Source: Macrostomum hystrix
Lineage: Eukaryota > Animalia > Platyhelminthes
Direction of reading: 5' to 3'
NCBI GenBank assembly: GCA_950097015.1
Contig: CATNEN010000001.1
Coordinates: 6,138,001 to 6,202,000 of the forward strand
DNA: 64,000 nucleotides
A program made the position numbers and the translations under genes. Numbering within the stretch: the first letter of the stretch is position 1; each line of letters opens with the position of its first letter. This document shows positions 1-14,700 of the stretch, one piece after another. The notes under the pieces were generated by a model. That model was given only the letters and a program-made list of their open reading frames with translations, was not told where the DNA came from and searched no databases.

Positions 1-418
1 TTTCGAGCTCTAAATTTTGCAGACTTCTTAGTAGAGCTGGATGTCCTGGTGGAGGCTGAGTGGGTGGCGATCTTTGATGGGGCCCGCGCTCACCTTCAAG
101 TCCCTGGACTTTCACCGCAACACAGCACCTATCAATTGCCACCGTACTCTCCGTATCTCAACCCAACTGAGCGCGCAGGGTCTTCCCTGAAGGCATCAGT
201 GAAGAGGGCAATGTCAGTTCCCGCTATTCAGCACGAGCTCTCTAATCGGCAAGCTGCTGCTGCTGCGAACCTGACTCTGCATGCCTGGCGGATGCACATT
301 TTGAAGAGAGGTCGAAGCTGCACTGCATGTGATTACACAGGAGAAGTGCCAGCAATGGACCAATCACACTGTGGGTTACTACGGCCGCTGTTTGGACTAC
401 GAAGACATTTTGAACTAA
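1..418 (+). pseudogene. Tc1/IS630-family DDE transposase, 3' part, frameshifted
   Basis: Frame 1 reads FADFLVEL...IFDGARAH...LPPYSPYLNPTE (second D and E motifs of IS630/Tc1). A +1 shift near 308 continues as EVEAALHVITQEKCQQWTNH...YGRCL with stop at 416-418. The 5' part lies outside the window. Confidence 0.85.
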
Positions 419-714
419 CATTCTAACAAGAGACACTGTTTTTGCTTTGTTCGATATCTCGTGATATCAAATAAAGTCGCTCCGTTTAACTGTTAGCTGT
501 TTGGACGAAGGGTTTAGACGAAATGTTTTACAAACTGGATGAACCATTTTGCGTGAACACAGTTGTCTATGGTATAATCTAAATTTAGCTCCCATTAAGA
601 AAGCGTTAGTCGACGAAAGGTTTTGCAGTTTGGCCGAATTCAATCGCAAAAAAAGTATATTATTGTCAAGAATGATATAGTCATTGCACAAGCATGCGTC
701 GTCACGACGATCAC

Positions 715-990
715 CTAGGTGAAAGTATTCCTCACAATGTTGTTCTCGCCGTTGGCCTCGATCATCATGCGCTTAGAAGCCAGCGGTTGGCAGGCTTCGA
801 CAGTAAGTTCCGTCTCGGACTCGGAAACAGTGGAAACGGAGAGACTGAATGCCTGCCAGTCCTTGAAAATAGACAACATCCACTCGCACTTCTTAATGGT
901 GTTCGCAGGTACCGTGCCAGATATCAATGCCTCAGCCTCAGTTAAGATCGAGAGCTATAGCTATAGCTCAGCAAGTATAGCTTTTGCCAT
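715..990 (-). mobile_element. Degraded Crypton/DUF3504-like element, N-terminal fragment
   Basis: VPANTIKKCEWMLSIFKDWQ resembles the PxNTxxxTxWAxxxFxxW motif of Crypton-derived tyrosine recombinases. In-frame stops lie upstream and the fragment is truncated next to the Tc1 copy. Confidence 0.4.
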
Positions 991-1609
991 TCAATCTCAG
1001 TGTTTTGTCATTCATACTCAGCCCCCATAGAATTAATCCAACCAGCTGGCGCCGTTTGGCCCATAGACTATCGCTCTGTGCCATTCAATCTCGGGTTTTG
1101 TCTCGAGCTTTGAGCCTTCCACCCTAGGGAGCCGAAATAAATGGGATATATGACACATTTATACCGAGTATTCCATGTATTTTCCAATTCTATTCTAATT
1201 AGGCGTTGTAAGTAGAGTGAGTAAATTAATTTTAAAAAAAACTGCGACGCATTATTCAGAAATTATTGCCAAAGATCATGCGATCTTCTTAAAACTGAAA
1301 GGCTAAATTCACTTTAACAGGTAGCAAAGTGTGTGTGTGTGTGCGTGTGGTGTGTGGAAAAACTTATTTCTTACAAAGCAAAGAAATCATAAAACAAACG
1401 AACTACACGATAATCACACAATGCAGCAATAGCACCACGAGTGAAAGTACAGAAATAATGTAAAATAGCGCAAATAACCAATACGCAATATACTGTTCAC
1501 GGAAAATACACAAGTAAAAAAGTTTGACACAAATAAAACTTAAAAGAGTGATAACTTAGCAACCGTTTTTGCATGGCTACATTCAACAAGAATACAATTC
1601 GTCATCCAA

Positions 1610-3492
1610 TCAAAATTCTATTGCCTTTCGTCGAAGCCGAACAGAATTTCTGTCCTCAGCTTCCAGCATCATCTGCATCACAATGTCCAGTCTCTGCGTG
1701 AGCACAGTTGAGAACTGTTCCATACTACTCACAGCCTTAGACATTGTTAGACTATTTCCAAACGGATTATGCCTGGACTGCGCATTGCAGTTGAAGCAGT
1801 GACTACTGGAACTGTCTGACTCTGTCTCCATGGGATTGGCGTTATCAGCAGTTGCTGTGATTTGTTGCAGCTCAGCGCGCATCGACTCGGCCCGAGTGGA
1901 GACGCACTCGGGAGACGCGGCGATTAGAGTTCGAATCCACAGGGCGGCATCTTCGGCCGAGGACGCCGCGAACCGATGCCCATTACGTGCAGCCCCATGG
2001 CATATTGGCCAGGTTATGTAGAAACCGAATTCTATCGATTTAACAGGCTCAGAGGTTAGGCCTGCGTCTGGAATACGTAGATAACTATGCATATTATTGC
2101 TCATCTAGCTAATACCCCACTTCCCTGTCTAATCTCTGACTTCCCTGTCTAATCTCCGACTTCCCTGTCTAATCTCCCACTTCCCTGTCTAATCTCCGAC
2201 TTCCCTGTCTAATCTCCCACTTCCCTGTCTAATCCGCACCTCCCTGTCTAAACTCCCACTTCCCTGTCTAATCTCCGACTTCCCTGTCTTATCTCCCACT
2301 TTCCTGTCTAATCTCCAACTTCCCTGTCTAATCTCCCACTTCCCTGTCTAATCTCCAACTTCCCTGTCTAATCTCCCACTTCCCTGTCTAATCTCCGACT
2401 TCCCTGTCTAATCTCCCACTTCCCTGTCTAATCTCCCACTTCCCTGTCTAATCTCCGACTTCCCAGTCTAATCTCCCACTTCCCTGTATAATCTCCCACT
2501 TCCCTGTCTAATCTCCGACTTCCCTGTCTAATCTCCCACTTCCCTGTCTAATCTCCCACTTCCCAGTCTAATCTCCCACTTCCCTGTCTAATCTCCGACT
2601 TCCCTGTCTAATCTCCCACTTCCCTGTCTAATCTCCCACTTCCCTGTCTAATCTCCCACTTCCCTGTCTAATCTCCGACTTCCCAGTCTAATCTCCCACT
2701 TCCCTGTATAATCTCCCACTTCCCTGTCTAATCTCCCACTTCCCTGTCTAATCTCCCACTTCCCTGTCTAATCTCCCACTTCCCTGTCTAATCTCCCACT
2801 TCCCTGTCTAATCTCCCACTTCCCTGTCTAATCTCCCACTTCCCTGTCTAATCTCCCACTTCCCTGTCTAATCTCCCACTTCCCTGTCTAATCTCCCACT
2901 TCCCTGTCTAATCTCCGACTTCCCTGTCTAATCTCCGACTTCCCTGTCTAATCTCCGACTTCCCTGTCTAATCTCCGACTTCCCTGTCTAATTTCCCACT
3001 TTCCTGTCTAATCTCCCACTTTCCTGTCTAATCTCCCACTTCCCACAGTCTCATCTCCCGCTCTTAGACTGTCCCATCTTCCGATCTCGAACGCCTCATC
3101 TACGACCTGATATTGCCGTAGCTTGAAAAGTGTTGCTGCAAAATAGCAACCCGTGAATTTTATCACTCACCTTTTTGGCTAGCATTGCCATTACTATCAC
3201 AGTTGCTGCAGCAACCACTGTTCTCATCGTCATATGGTTCAACTATGTGGCCAACAAGCAGCAATACACCACGCGGTTTACACTTTGTGATTGCCAGTGC
3301 TCTAGCATCAGCTGCATCAAAACGATACAACAGATTGCCGCATAGACGAAAGAACTGACGTTTTGCAGCATCGGAGCTCCCACCTTGATTGGCACAGCGG
3401 TCTCCAGGCTGGCTGTAGTTAAGAAAGCCCTCACGACTGAAGTGCTTTATCTGACCCAGTTTTGCAACAGTTTTTTCATTTAAAAGGCGCAT
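1610..3492 (-). CDS. PHETA1: Sesquipedalian/PHETA (IPIP27/FAM109)-like PH-domain protein, 2 coding exons
   Basis: Exons 3492-3171 and 2067-1610, phase-1 GT-AG intron. MRLLNEK...EGFL...RQFFRLCGNLLYRF...PRGVLLL...FAASSAEDAALWIRTL-AS followed by a coiled coil matches the sesquipedalian PH layout. Confidence 0.7.
2118..3045. repeat. 20-bp minisatellite (CTTCCCTGTCTAATCTCCCA)n, about 46 copies, in the PHETA-like intron
   Basis: Tandem periodicity read directly. Confidence 0.97.
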
Positions 3493-5789
3493 CGCTTTTT
3501 TTAAATCAGCTTCTGAAAAAATTTAATACTTAGCCAATTTAAACATATGGATTACCTTATACTAATAGTTTAAGTTACAACAAAGAAATAAGCAATCTAG
3601 ATAGTCTTATTCTAGAATACATATTGAATTTAATTAAAAAACATGTACCATAGAAAATCATTTATTAGAATGTTTCATGTTTTTCAAATTGTGGTACAGA
3701 AAAGTAGACTCATTCTTTTGAATATAAACAACAAATATTCTAAATTAAAACAAATATATAAATTTGTTTGGAAGTATTTAAACTAGAACTAACTAATACG
3801 AACTTCACTCATAAATTGGTAAAAAGCTACAAAACGTATTTCTATTTCGAATGTATAGTCTTATCGATTGCCAGTATTAAAAACGAATAATAAATATGCA
3901 TACCTAAATTAGATTATTTATAATTCCATTCCAGTTATAGGTGTATGTATATAGACTATAGTGCGTGCAAAGTTCCATTAAAAAATAATTAATATAGACA
4001 GTCGCTCCAAAAAGGCAAATATATAAAACTGACTGACTTGCAAATAAATAAAATCACTGCAGTGATTAACAAGTAAGAAAATATATACGATTCCGTTAAT
4101 TTTACAGTGCCCTTTAAGTTAATTTGACAACATCGATATATATATTTAAAAAATTAACGTCTCAGTAATTATTTAGATACTATCACTATCAGCCGGGAGA
4201 CAGAGTAAGTGCTGTAAAAAATCGAACTTAATTACATGTAATTTCGATACTGACAATTTTGGTTTCACAGAAATGACACCGCTTAAAAAGTTAACCTAGG
4301 GTGCGTAGCTGCTTAGATGTATTGAAAAAAACTATTTGTAGCTATTACTATTATATCTAGAATTAATTATAAAAAAATCATTTTAACGTTTATAGTTGCT
4401 AAAGGTAGGAACTTTTTGAATAAATATATATACTTTGTTTATACGACTAAAATGTTTAAGTTAGGGCGGCAATTTGGTTTCAGCATTTAAGAAATTAGGG
4501 TTTTTACGGCATAAATCACCACCACGACTTCGACGTCAGCATCAACAAAAATATGCAGTTTGTGCAATAGCATATTGAATATTGCAAACGATTTTTTACT
4601 GTTAAAACTGTTTTTGCTGTTACGACTGTTAAAAGAGGACTAACTTTACTTCTATACTTTGCCTGTTTTGTATCATAGCTTTTCATTTCTATATTTATAG
4701 AAAGTTGTGGGTGTACTTATTTAAGCAATGCTCTGAGGCTAAGGCTGAGTATTACTGTGCCCTCTGAGCAGCTATGAAATTTACATTACAAAATTAAAAA
4801 CCTGCAAAGCATGTCAGAATAAATATCTATATGTGTGTATGTTATGGCATACATGTGTAAATAAAATTTCTTACAAGTTTAAATATTATCATGTTAAGTT
4901 TTAATGATTTGATTTATGCATATACTTTTGTTTGTTCTGAACTAGCTAGCCATAATTAAAAATTTTTATATGCAATACCATAAACATAAACAGAAGTGTT
5001 TTATTTATAATTCTAAGAATAATGTTCTTATTCCATATATAACATATATACATACATATACACTAATACACAAACATTCATTTTGGTTTAAATTTGACTA
5101 GGCCTACTGTATCCTATCCTACTGTATTCAGGCCTATCCAAGGAAGTCATTTTAGTAGTCTTATAGATAGCTATGATTTGCACTTTTAAGTTTTGTTTGT
5201 TAAAAATATGTTCATTTTGTCCAATTTAGACTATCTATCAAAATAAGTCTGTATAATAGCTAAGCCTACTCTACTATCTAGGTCCATAAGTCAGTAGACT
5301 AGTCCTTGTTTTATCCCATTGATAAATTTGCTATGTAGTTGAATTGGTCTAGGAATCAAAATACTATGATCTGGTTATCTATTCTATAGGTTATTATAAA
5401 ACATGTTCTGGATGTCATGCTTTTTGTTATAAACACACTTCTTTCACATTTCAATTATTGTATTTTATGTATTCGACATATGATATGTGATATATGTTTA
5501 GTGCAAAAAGAACCATTTGTATAAAAATATTCATAAATGATATTGCACATTATTTTTCTGTTTGATAGTCTCTTCCCATTGTCAAGTAGTTTCAAATTAC
5601 ACACTGATTGTTAAAACTATATTTTTTTCATGTTTTCTCTTTTTTAACACAATAAATTGCAGTTCTAAGACTATCAGCAAGCAACATTGCTAACTAAATA
5701 ATCATATCTCCTGGCAAGATTTTCCTCTAGAGCTGAAAGTCCTAAGCATACTACTGACCTGACCTGCCACTAAGTAGTCAGTATCAGTC

Positions 5790-8700
5790 ATGCTTGCAAC
5801 AGATGAATCTATACCGATTGCATCTGGGCCATTCAGTGCCCTCACACCATCTATGCGTCCACAAGAGTTTGCCAATGTCAGCGTCGATTCGGTAAGATTG
5901 ACATCAGCCTGGTTAAAAATATAACACATCTCTTTATTATCATCCCCATCTTTATGCATTGTAGAGCGAACAATCAGATGGAGAGCTAGATTATAACTAT
6001 GACGAATTTGGCTTTCGTATTGAGGAAGATGGTAAATTTTACTTTCATGCCTCTTATTGTCTTCCCATCCCTCTCATTGTCTTCCCATTCCTTTCATTGT
6101 CTTCCCATCCCTCTCATTGTCTTCCCATTCCTTTCATTGTCTTCCCATCCCTCTCATTGTCTTCCCATCCCTCTCATTGACTTGCCATCTTTCCTAATTT
6201 TTCCCATTATTAAAAATGTCAACTTACCTACGTCAACTTTATCACAACAATCATTCATTTAAACGAATGGACTCACAATATTTTTTTAGATACCCTAGAA
6301 TCAACCACAATAGGCGGTGCTCACTCACACTCGAGTTCTCAGCAGCTTCAGCAGCCGCCTCTGCCGCCATTCGTAGAAGATCCAGCGGAGCGATCGACCT
6401 GGATCAACTTTCTCGAGTTAACTTACGCCTCATTTACTAAAGACTCAGCCAGCAGTTCTGGTGGCGGTGGCGGAGTAGTCGGTGCCGAGGCGCTAGCTTC
6501 TTCATTTCTGTCAACTTCGGCCACAGTCTCTGCCACCGAGCTGCCACTGAAGCTGCCCGTGACCGATAAGCTTCGCGGCATGGTCCGGGCCGGCATACCG
6601 CATTCCTTGCGTGGACCCGTGTGGCTGCGACTCAGCGGAGCTCTGGAGAAGCGGCGTAAATCTCCCGTGTCCTACAATGACATTGTTAAGGAGAGTTCAC
6701 AGGATACCCTGGCTACTTCTAAGCATATTGAGAAGGTGAGAATTTAGCCGTGTTAGGGACTGGTTGCTAAGCTGATTTTTGTAAAGAATGGTTGCTATTC
6801 GATATTCCTTTTATTAGATGACATCATTTGGTGACACTAGACCCGCAGCCAGAAAGGAGGCAATTCTGCTCACTACGCTGACTCCTGAGCACACACGCGC
6901 ACAGATACTGTACGCAGGCATGCGCTCACACAGGTGTGTACATCTGGCCTGACTTTCTCATCGTCAGGCAGTGTAGACTCGCACTGTGCCTTGGAGGTTG
7001 GCCCTCAAGGGCGTAAATTGCACGACAAGCCCAAAGCCTTCTCTCCACGGCCGCGCCCAAAATAAATGTGGCCTCGAGCTCAGGGACCTTGGCGTGAGAG
7101 GCGAACGCGTTACACTGCTCTGCCACTCACTCCTTCGAAAATGGTTACTATGCAATATTTGTTTTATTAAGAAATGGTTGCCATGCGATATTGGTTTTAG
7201 TAAAAAATGGTTGCTATGCGAAATTAGATTCATTAAAAAATTGTTTCTATACTAAGTAAAAAACAAAGTTAAAACATGTTTTTTGTAATCAGTTTTGTAG
7301 AAAATGGTTGCTATGCGTGGCTATCTAACTCCAATCCAATCTCTACCCGCAGGATCTACTTCGCACTCTGCCATCGAACGTTTGCTTCAGCCACGCCTAC
7401 AGCACCGGTGTGCCAAGGCTGCGCAGAATCCTTCGCTCCCTGGCCTGGCTCTATCCGGACATTGGCTATTGCCAGGGCACAGGAGTTGTAGCCGCCACCC
7501 TGCTGCTATTCATGGAGGAGGAGGACGCATTCTGGCAGATGACTAGCATCATTGAAGACTATCTGCCTGCCTGTTATTACACTAGTACACTGCTGGGTGT
7601 TCAGGCTGATCAGCGCGTGCTGCGCGAACTACTGCCAGAATGCGCTCCTGACATTGATGTCTTGCTCAGGGATCATGATATTGGTCAGTTAATTCTTAAT
7701 TAAGAGGTTTCTAGCCTAGTGGTTAGAGCGTCGGATTAACTACTTGAAGGGCGGGGGTTCGATTCCTGACTTCGCTGTAACAATTTGCAGTTTTTTAGTA
7801 ACGGGAGGTCTGTGGCAGAGCTGTCAACGCGTTTACCTCTCAAATCCCGAGCTCGATTCCGCGGCGAGGCCACATTCATTTGCGGTGCAGTCGCGGAGAG
7901 AAGGCTTGGGGGCTTCTCGTGCAATTTACGCCCTTGAGGGTCAACCTTCAAGGCACAGTGAGAGTGTACACTGCCTGACGATGAGAAAGTTAAGGCCAGA
8001 TGTACATACCTGTGTGAGCGTGTGCCTGCGTACAGTATCTGTGTGCGTGTGTGCTCAGAAGTCAGCGAAATGGGCCGAATTGCCTCCTCGCTGGCTGCGG
8101 GTCTAGTGTCACCAAATGATGTGCAAGTGTAGTTTTTTGGTTTTAGAGACAATCTGATGCTTTTAAGCCTACTAACAAGTAGAGTAGTTAGGAAAAGACA
8201 ATCGGCACCCAGTTAAGTTAAATGAACAGCCAAGGGAACTTAAAGGTTTGCTTGCGTCCAGCTGTTCAGTCCATGGACTGTGAAGCACCTGTTACTATGT
8301 TAGATTTTTCTCTTGGCCTGAGATTCGAACTCCTGACCACCTCTTATTAATTAATTTCATGATAATTCTATGTAATTAGTCACACCAGGTTTGTTCGTAC
8401 TAGTCAAGAGTAGACAACCTATTTCTTTTTAATCAACTAAATTGTTTAGTTAGAAAGTTGATTGAAAATCTCTGAGCCCTTTAAACTTGCCTCTTGTTGT
8501 ATTAGATTAGATAGACTGATTAAAATAACTGAGTACTGAGTGCGGGTTTTAAGTCAAGGGATTTTTCTTAGGAGGCAGTTTGTTTAGGAAAGAGAAATCA
8601 CTGCACCATTGTTCGGTGAGCGTTAGCGGTGTGTGTGGGCGAATGTTAATTGTACTTTTATTTGACAGCTGCTACCCTGAGTGCATTTAGTTTTGTGCGA

Positions 8701-11700
8701 TTCTAAAAGCTTCGTAAAAACCAATACTTAAAGCTTTGCTTTTTTATAACCTTTGTAACAAGTTTTCGCTTCTGTTAAACAGTGCCACTATGCTTTAACT
8801 GTTTTTGCAAATCACCCTTCAAATTCCCTATGCAGTTTTATTATGTGCAGTAACTAGCGCATCCAGAATGTTCCATTTTCGCCACTTAAGCTCCTAAAAC
8901 TTACACTAAAACACTTGAATTTCAATACCAAATACCAAACACTTCCAAGATTATACACTCATCCCAATCACCCCCTAGAGAGTACACTTATCCCCAGTCA
9001 CCCCTAGAGTGAACACCCATCCCCAATCACCCCTTAAGTGTACACTCATCCTCAATCACCCCCTAGAGTGTATTCTCATCCCTATTCACCTCCTAGAGTG
9101 TACACTCATACTATACACCCCCTAGAGTGTACACTCATCCCCAACCACCCCCCCTTGAGTGTACACTCATCCCCAACCACCCCCTTGAGTGTACACTCAT
9201 CCCCAATCATCACCTAGAGTGTACACTTATCACCCAAACCCTCCCTAAAATGTACACTCATCCCCAATCACTCCCTAGAATGTGCACTCATCCGCAAACC
9301 CTCCTAGAATGTACACTCATCCCCAACCAATCTCTAGAAGGTACACTTATCCCCCAAACACTCCCTAGAATGATCACTCATCCCCAAACCCTCCTAGAAT
9401 GTACACTCATCCCCAACCAATCTCTAGAAGGTACACTTATCCCCCAAACACTCCCTAGAATGATCACTCATCCCCAAACCCTCCTAGAATGTAAACTCAT
9501 CCCCAACCAATCTCTAGAATGTACACTCATCCCCAACCAATCTCTAGAATGTACACTCATCCCCAAACCCTCCTAGAATGTACACTCATCCCCAACCAAT
9601 CTCTAGAATGTACACTCATCCCCAACCAATCTCTAGAATGTACACTCATCCCCAACCAATCTCTAGAATGTACACTCATCCCCAACCAATCTCTAGAATG
9701 TACACTCATCCCCAACCAATCTCTAGAATGTACACTCATCCCCAATCACTCCCTAGAATGTGCACTCATCCGCAAACCCTCCTAGAATGTACACTCATCC
9801 CCAACCAATCTCTAGAAGGTACACTTATCCCCCAAACACTCCCTAGAATGATCACTCATCCCCAAACCCTCCTAGAATGTACACTCATCCCCAACCAATC
9901 TCTAGAAGGTACACTTATCCCCCAAACACTCCCTAGAATGATCACTCATCCCCAAACCCTCCTAGAATGTAAACTCATCCCCAACCAATCTCTAGAATGT
10001 ACACTCATCCCCAACCAATCTCTAGAATGTACACTCATCCCCAAACCCTCCTAGAATGTACACTCATCCCCAACCAATCTCTAGAATGTACACTCATCCC
10101 CAACCAATCTCTAGAATGTACACTCATCCCCAACCAATCTCTAGAATGTACACTCATCCCCAACCAATCTCTAGAATGTACACTCATCCCCAACCAATCT
10201 CTAGAATGTACACTCATCCCCAACCAATCTCTAGAATGTACACTCATCCCCAACCAATCTCTAGAATGTACACTCATCCCCAACCAATCTCTAGAATGTA
10301 CACTCATCCCCAACCAATCTCTAGAATGTACACTCATCCCCAACCAATCTCTAGAATGTACACTCATCCCCAACCAATCTCTAGAATGTACACTCATCCC
10401 CAACCAATCTCTAGAATGTACACTCATCCCCAACCAATCTCTAGAATGTACACTCATCCCCAACCAATCTCTAGAATGTACACTCATCCCCAACCAATCT
10501 CTAGAATGTACACTCATCCCCAACCAATCTCTAGAATGTACACTCATCCCCAACCAATCTCTAGAATGTACACTCATCCCCAACCAATCTCTAGAATGTA
10601 CACTCATCCCCAACCAATCTCTAGAATGTACACTCATCCCCAACCAATCTCTAGAATGTACACTCATCCCCAACCAATCTCTAGAATGTACACTCATCCC
10701 CCAAACACTCCTAGAATGTAAACTCATCCCCAAACAAACTCTCGAAGGTACACTTATCCCCCAAACACTCCCTAGAATGATCACTCATCCCCAAACCCTC
10801 CTAGAATGTACACTCATCCCCAACCAATCTCTAGAATGTACACTCATCCCCAACCAATCTCTAGAATGTACACTCATCCCCAACCAATCTCTAGAATGTA
10901 CACTCATCCCCAACCAATCTCTAGAATGTACACTCATCCCCAACCAATCTCTAGAATGTACACTCATCCCCAACCAATCTCTAGAATGTACACTCATCCC
11001 CAACCAATCTCTAGAATGTACACTCATCCCCAACCAATCTCTAGAATGTACACTCATCCCCAACCAATCTCTAGAAGGTACACTTATCCCCCAAACACTC
11101 CCTAGAATGATCACTCATCCCCAAACCCTCCTAGAATGTACACTCATCCCCAACCAATCTCTAGAATGTACACTCATCCCCCAAACACTCCTAGAATGTA
11201 AACTCATCCCCAAACAAACTCTCGAAGGTACACTTATCCCCCAAACACTCCCTAGAATGATCACTCATCCCCAAACCCTCCTAGAATGTACACTCATCCC
11301 CAACCAATCTCTAGAATGTACACTCATCCCCAACCAATCTCTAGAATGTACACTCATCCCCAACCAATCTCTAGAATGTACACTCATCCCCAACCAATCT
11401 CTAGAATGTACACTCATCCCCAACCAATCTCTAGAATGTACACTCATCCCCAACCAATCTCTAGAATGTACACTCATCCCCAACCAATCTCTAGAATGTA
11501 CACTCATCCCCAACCAATCTCTAGAATGTACACTCATCCCCCAAACACTCCTAGAATGTAAACTCATCCCCAACCAATCTCTAGAAGGTACACTTATCCC
11601 CCAAACACTCCCTAGAATGATCACTCATCCCCAAACCCTCCTAGAATGTACACTCATCCCCAACCAATCTCTAGAATGTACACTCATCCCCAACCAATCT

Positions 11701-14700
11701 CTAGAATGTACACTCATCCCCAACCAATCTCTAGAATGTACACTCATCCCCAACCAATCTCTAGAATGTACACTCATCCCCCAAACACTCCTAGAATGTA
11801 AACTCATCCCCCAAACACTCCTAGAATGTAAACTCATCCCCAACCAATCTCTAGAAGGTACACTTATCCCCCAAACACTCCCTAGAATGATCACTCATCC
11901 CCAAACCCTCCTAGAATGTACACTCATCCCCAACCAATCTCTAGAATGTACACTCATCCCCAACCAATCTCTAGAATGTACACTCATCCCCAACCAATCT
12001 CTAGAATGTACACTCATCCCCAACCAATCTCTAGAATGTACACTCATCCCCAACCAATCTCTAGAATGTACACTCATCCCCAACCAATCTCTAGAATGTA
12101 CACTCATCCCCAACCAATCTCTAGAATGTACACTCATCCCCAACCAATCTCTAGAATGTACACTCATCCCCAACCAATCTCTAGAATGTACACTCATCCC
12201 CCAAACACTCCTAGAATGTAAACTCATCCCCCAAACACTCCTAGAATGTAAACTCATCCCCAACCAATCTCTAGAAGGTACACTTATCCCCAAACACTCC
12301 CTAGAATGATCACTCATCCCCAAACCCTCCTAGAATGTACACTCATCCCCAACCAATCTCTAGAATGTACACTCATCCCCAACCAATCTCTAGAATGTAC
12401 ACTCATCCCCAACCAATCTCTAGAATGTACACTCATCCCCAACCAATCTCTAGAATGTACACTCATCCCCAACCAATCTCTAGAATGTACACTCATCCCC
12501 AACCAATCTCTAGAATGTACACTCATCCCCCAAACACTCCTAGAATGTAAACTCATCCCCCAAACACTCCTAGAATGTAAACTCATCCCCAACCAATCTC
12601 TAGAAGGTACACTTATCCCCCAAACACTCCCTAGAATGATCACTCATCCCCAAACCCTCCTAGAATGTACACTCATCCCCAACCAATCTCTAGAATGTAC
12701 ACTCATCCCCAACCAATCTCTAGAATGTACACTCATCCCCAACCAATCTCTAGAATGTACACTCATCCCCAACCAATCTCTAGAATGTACACTCATCCCC
12801 AACCAATCTCTAGAATGTACACTCATCCCCAACCAATCTCTAGAATGTACACTCATCCCCAACCAATCTCTAGAATGTACACTCATCCCCAACCAATCTC
12901 TAGAATGTTGATTAACACATGCAAATAAGCTACGCATCTGTTGCAATCATTGGCAGAGCTGTCCCTGATCACACTGCACTGGTTCCTGACCCTATTCGCC
13001 GGAGTCCTACCAGTTCGCGTACTATTACGCATCTGGGACCAGTTCTTCTGCGAAGGATCGATTGTATTATTTCAGACCACAGTGGCTATTCTTAAACTGC
13101 ACGTGAGTTCAACTTCTAGTTCTTGTGCTAAAACTGGGCGGAAGTAAATCTCTCAATCCAACTACGTTGGCTTAAAAAAGGACTGACGTGGGCGTAAATA
13201 AAACTAGAATAAGAAATCCGAGACCCCCTAGAGAATCAAACAGAGAAATAACACCCTGCCCCCTTAAAGGGGATTCGGAAAATGAGTTTGAGGAGGGATT
13301 CTATTTGACTAGGGAGTTTATTTACTACAACTACACCGGTGTACATTGTCTCTCGCATTTGTGAAAGACAGGATATTGTAAGGAGACCATAAACTGCTCT
13401 TATTGGCTGCAGTATAATTCTGAAAGATCAGCTCATAATAGGGGGGTTATGCTTGGAACTATGTTGCTAAGCTAATCTTAAACAATTCCATATAAATATA
13501 TAAATTATGCACAAATGGAAACTTGAAAACATAAAATCTTCTGTAGGAAGCCCAGTTGAAAAGTCTAGACAACACAGCCGAGATATTCAACTGCCTATCG
13601 TCGGCTCCAACTCGTATTGGCGACATCGACTGCCTACTCGAGACACTCAATAGTAGATTCTGTCAGCCTATAAATCAGTCCATTGTGACCGCTTTGAGGG
13701 GCAGATTCACGGCTGCTCTCATGGTTGACGAGGGAGGCATTATTAGCATTCATTCAGTGCCTAATCTACCTAAACAGGTGAGCGATTTCATAATTCTCTG
13801 GGATTTTGTCATTTTGATAGGTTTTGCTAGTGATTTTGTAGATTTGATGCCTGGGATTTTGTAGTTTTGATGCTTGGGATTTTGTAGTTTTGATGCCTGG
13901 GATTTTGTAGTTTTGATGCCTGGGATTTTGTAGTTTTGATGCCTGGGATTTTGTAGTTTTGATGCCTGGGATTTTGTAGTTTTGATGCCTGGGATTTTGT
14001 AGTTTTGATGCTTGGGATTTTGTAGTTTTGATGCCTGGGATTTTGTAGTTTTGATGCCTGGGATTTTGTAGTTTTGATGCCTGGGATTTTGTAGTTTTGA
14101 TGCCTGGGATTTTGTAGTTTTGATGCCTGGGATTTTGTAGTTTTGATGCCTGGGATTTTGTAGTTTTGATGCTTGGGATTTTGTAGTTTTGATGCCTGGG
14201 ATTTTGTAGTTTTGATGCCTGGGATTTTGTAGTTTTGATGCCTGGGATTTTGTAGTTTTGATGCCTGGGATTTTGTAGTTTTGATGCTTGGGATTTTGTA
14301 GTTTTGATGCTTGGGATTTTGTAGTTTTGATGCCTGGGATTTTGTAGCTTTGATGCCTGGGATTTTGTAGTTTTGATGCCTGGGATTTTGTAGTTTTGAT
14401 GCCTGGGATTTTGTAGTTTTGATGCCTGGGATTTTGTAGTTTTGATGCCTGGGATTTTGTAGTTTTGATGCCTGGGATTTTGTAGTTTTGATGCTTGGGA
14501 TTTTGTAGTTTTGATGCCTGGGATTTTGTAGTTTTGATGCTTGGGATTTTGTAGTTTTGATGCCTGGGATTTTGTAGTTTTGATGCCTGGGATTTTGTAG
14601 TTTTGATGCTTGGGATTTTGTAGTTTTGATGCCTGGGATTTTGTAGTTTTGATGCCTGGGATTTTGTAGTTTTGATGCCTGGGATTTTGTAGTTTTGATG

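Noticed and set aside
7704-7773. Functional tRNA gene
   Set aside because: Mismatched D, anticodon and T stems; kept only as a pseudogene or SINE head.
9127-12946. Long ORFs up to 770 aa ([10 protein letters not shown] repeats)
   Set aside because: They are translations of a 30-bp intronic minisatellite; the SGSM3 exons on either side splice in phase across it.
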